DNA of 24,000 nucleotides from Buttiauxella agrestis (GTDB lineage Bacteria; Pseudomonadota; Gammaproteobacteria; Enterobacterales; Enterobacteriaceae): NCBI RefSeq assembly GCF_900446255.1, contig NZ_UIGI01000001.1, positions 250,763 to 274,762 of the forward strand, read 5' to 3'. Shown piece by piece: positions 23,545 to 24,000 of this stretch (position 1 is its first letter; each line of letters starts with the position of its first letter). The notes under the pieces were generated by a model. It saw only the letters and a program-made list of their open reading frames with translations, ran no database searches and was not told where the DNA came from. The position numbers and the translations under genes were made by a program.

Positions 23545-23551
23545 CTACTGT

Positions 23552-24000
23552 TTAACGCAGCCGCTGTGGGTGCGTATAAACCGTGGCTCGACCTGGTTTG
23601 CTAAAGCCAACCAGCGTCAAATTGCAGCGCTGTGCGACTTCGACGGCAAGCGTCGTCGCCGCAGAAACGGCAAACAGAATTTCGACGCCGCACTGTGCCG
23701 ATTTTTGCACCATTTCATAGCTGGCACGGCTTGAGACTAAAACCGCCCCGTTGTGCCAGGCCTCGCGAGAACGTGCACCGAGCAGTTTATCTAATGCCAC
23801 ATGGCGGCCAATATCTTCTCTGCCATCCAGAATGGTGCCGCTTGCATCAAGCCAAAGTGCGGCGTGAGTACAACCCGTGAGTTGCCCGACCGGTTGGTAT
23901 TCGCGCATCTGGTTTACGGCGGCATCAAGATGGTTTAAATCGAAGGTTTGCGTAAATGGCAGCGGGGTTATCGGGCGGCCAATATCGTTGAGTTGCTCCA
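23552..24000 (-). CDS. fdhD: Formate dehydrogenase accessory sulfurtransferase FdhD, C-terminal part; continues beyond the window
   Basis: The C-terminus [19 protein letters not shown] matches FdhD as I recall it. I translated 23909-23998 by hand and the frame stays open to the window edge (..[35 protein letters not shown]..). Confidence 0.85.
   Translation of the reverse strand, partial: EQLNDIGRPITPLPFTQTFDLNHLDAAVNQMREYQPVGQLTGCTHAALWLDASGTILDGREDIGRHVALDKLLGARSREAWHNGAVLVSSRASYEMVQKSAQCGVEILFAVSAATTLAVEVAQRCNLTLVGFSKPGRATVYTHPQRLR

Noticed and set aside
1-24000. A search for CRISPR arrays, tRNA or rRNA genes, IS elements, integrases, prophage genes or known anti-phage defence enzymes (nucleases, helicases, methyltransferases, reverse transcriptases).
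   Set aside because: I could find none by reading the ORF translations and scanning for regular direct repeats. The only repeats seen are the asr internal repeat, operator palindromes and terminator or REP-like hairpins.

Overview
The window reads as an Enterobacteriaceae chromosome segment (Escherichia/Citrobacter/Enterobacter-like coding style), dominated by carbohydrate-utilisation modules. All calls come from reading the ORF track and sequence by eye and from recalled family motifs. No searches were run.

Right end, about 18.0-24.0 kb: matches the E. coli K-12 frvABXR-fdhD neighbourhood as I recall it. An asr-like acid-shock gene sits where I recall yiiG in K-12.

Left 18 kb, an accessory mosaic, in order:
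1. A strongly AT-rich islet (1 to about 2600). It holds a leaderless aspzincin (M35)-like HExxH metallopeptidase ORF that overlaps, by ATGA, a signal-peptide protein. This is my best candidate for an undescribed system, a toxin/effector plus immunity-like pair. It is followed by tiny hydrophobic ORFs and a glycoside hydrolase family 4 gene stump.
2. A solitary cheV with a sigma-28-type promoter.
3. A LacI-family regulator, a double-SIS sugar-phosphate enzyme and a Glc/Bgl-type PTS EIIBC, with a perfect 22-bp palindromic operator.
4. A seven-gene minus-strand operon: PfkA-family kinase, ascorbate-family PTS EIIB, EIIC, class II aldolase, an 89-aa unknown, EIIA, and a P-loop kinase. It lies behind a near-consensus CRP site.
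5. A rafR-rafA-rafB alpha-galactoside locus. It ends in a LacA/Maa-type acetyltransferase rather than an invertase, and has two AAACGTTT-core operators 21 bp apart.

I saw no tRNA, rRNA, CRISPR array, transposase or integrase, and no classic phage-defence enzymes.
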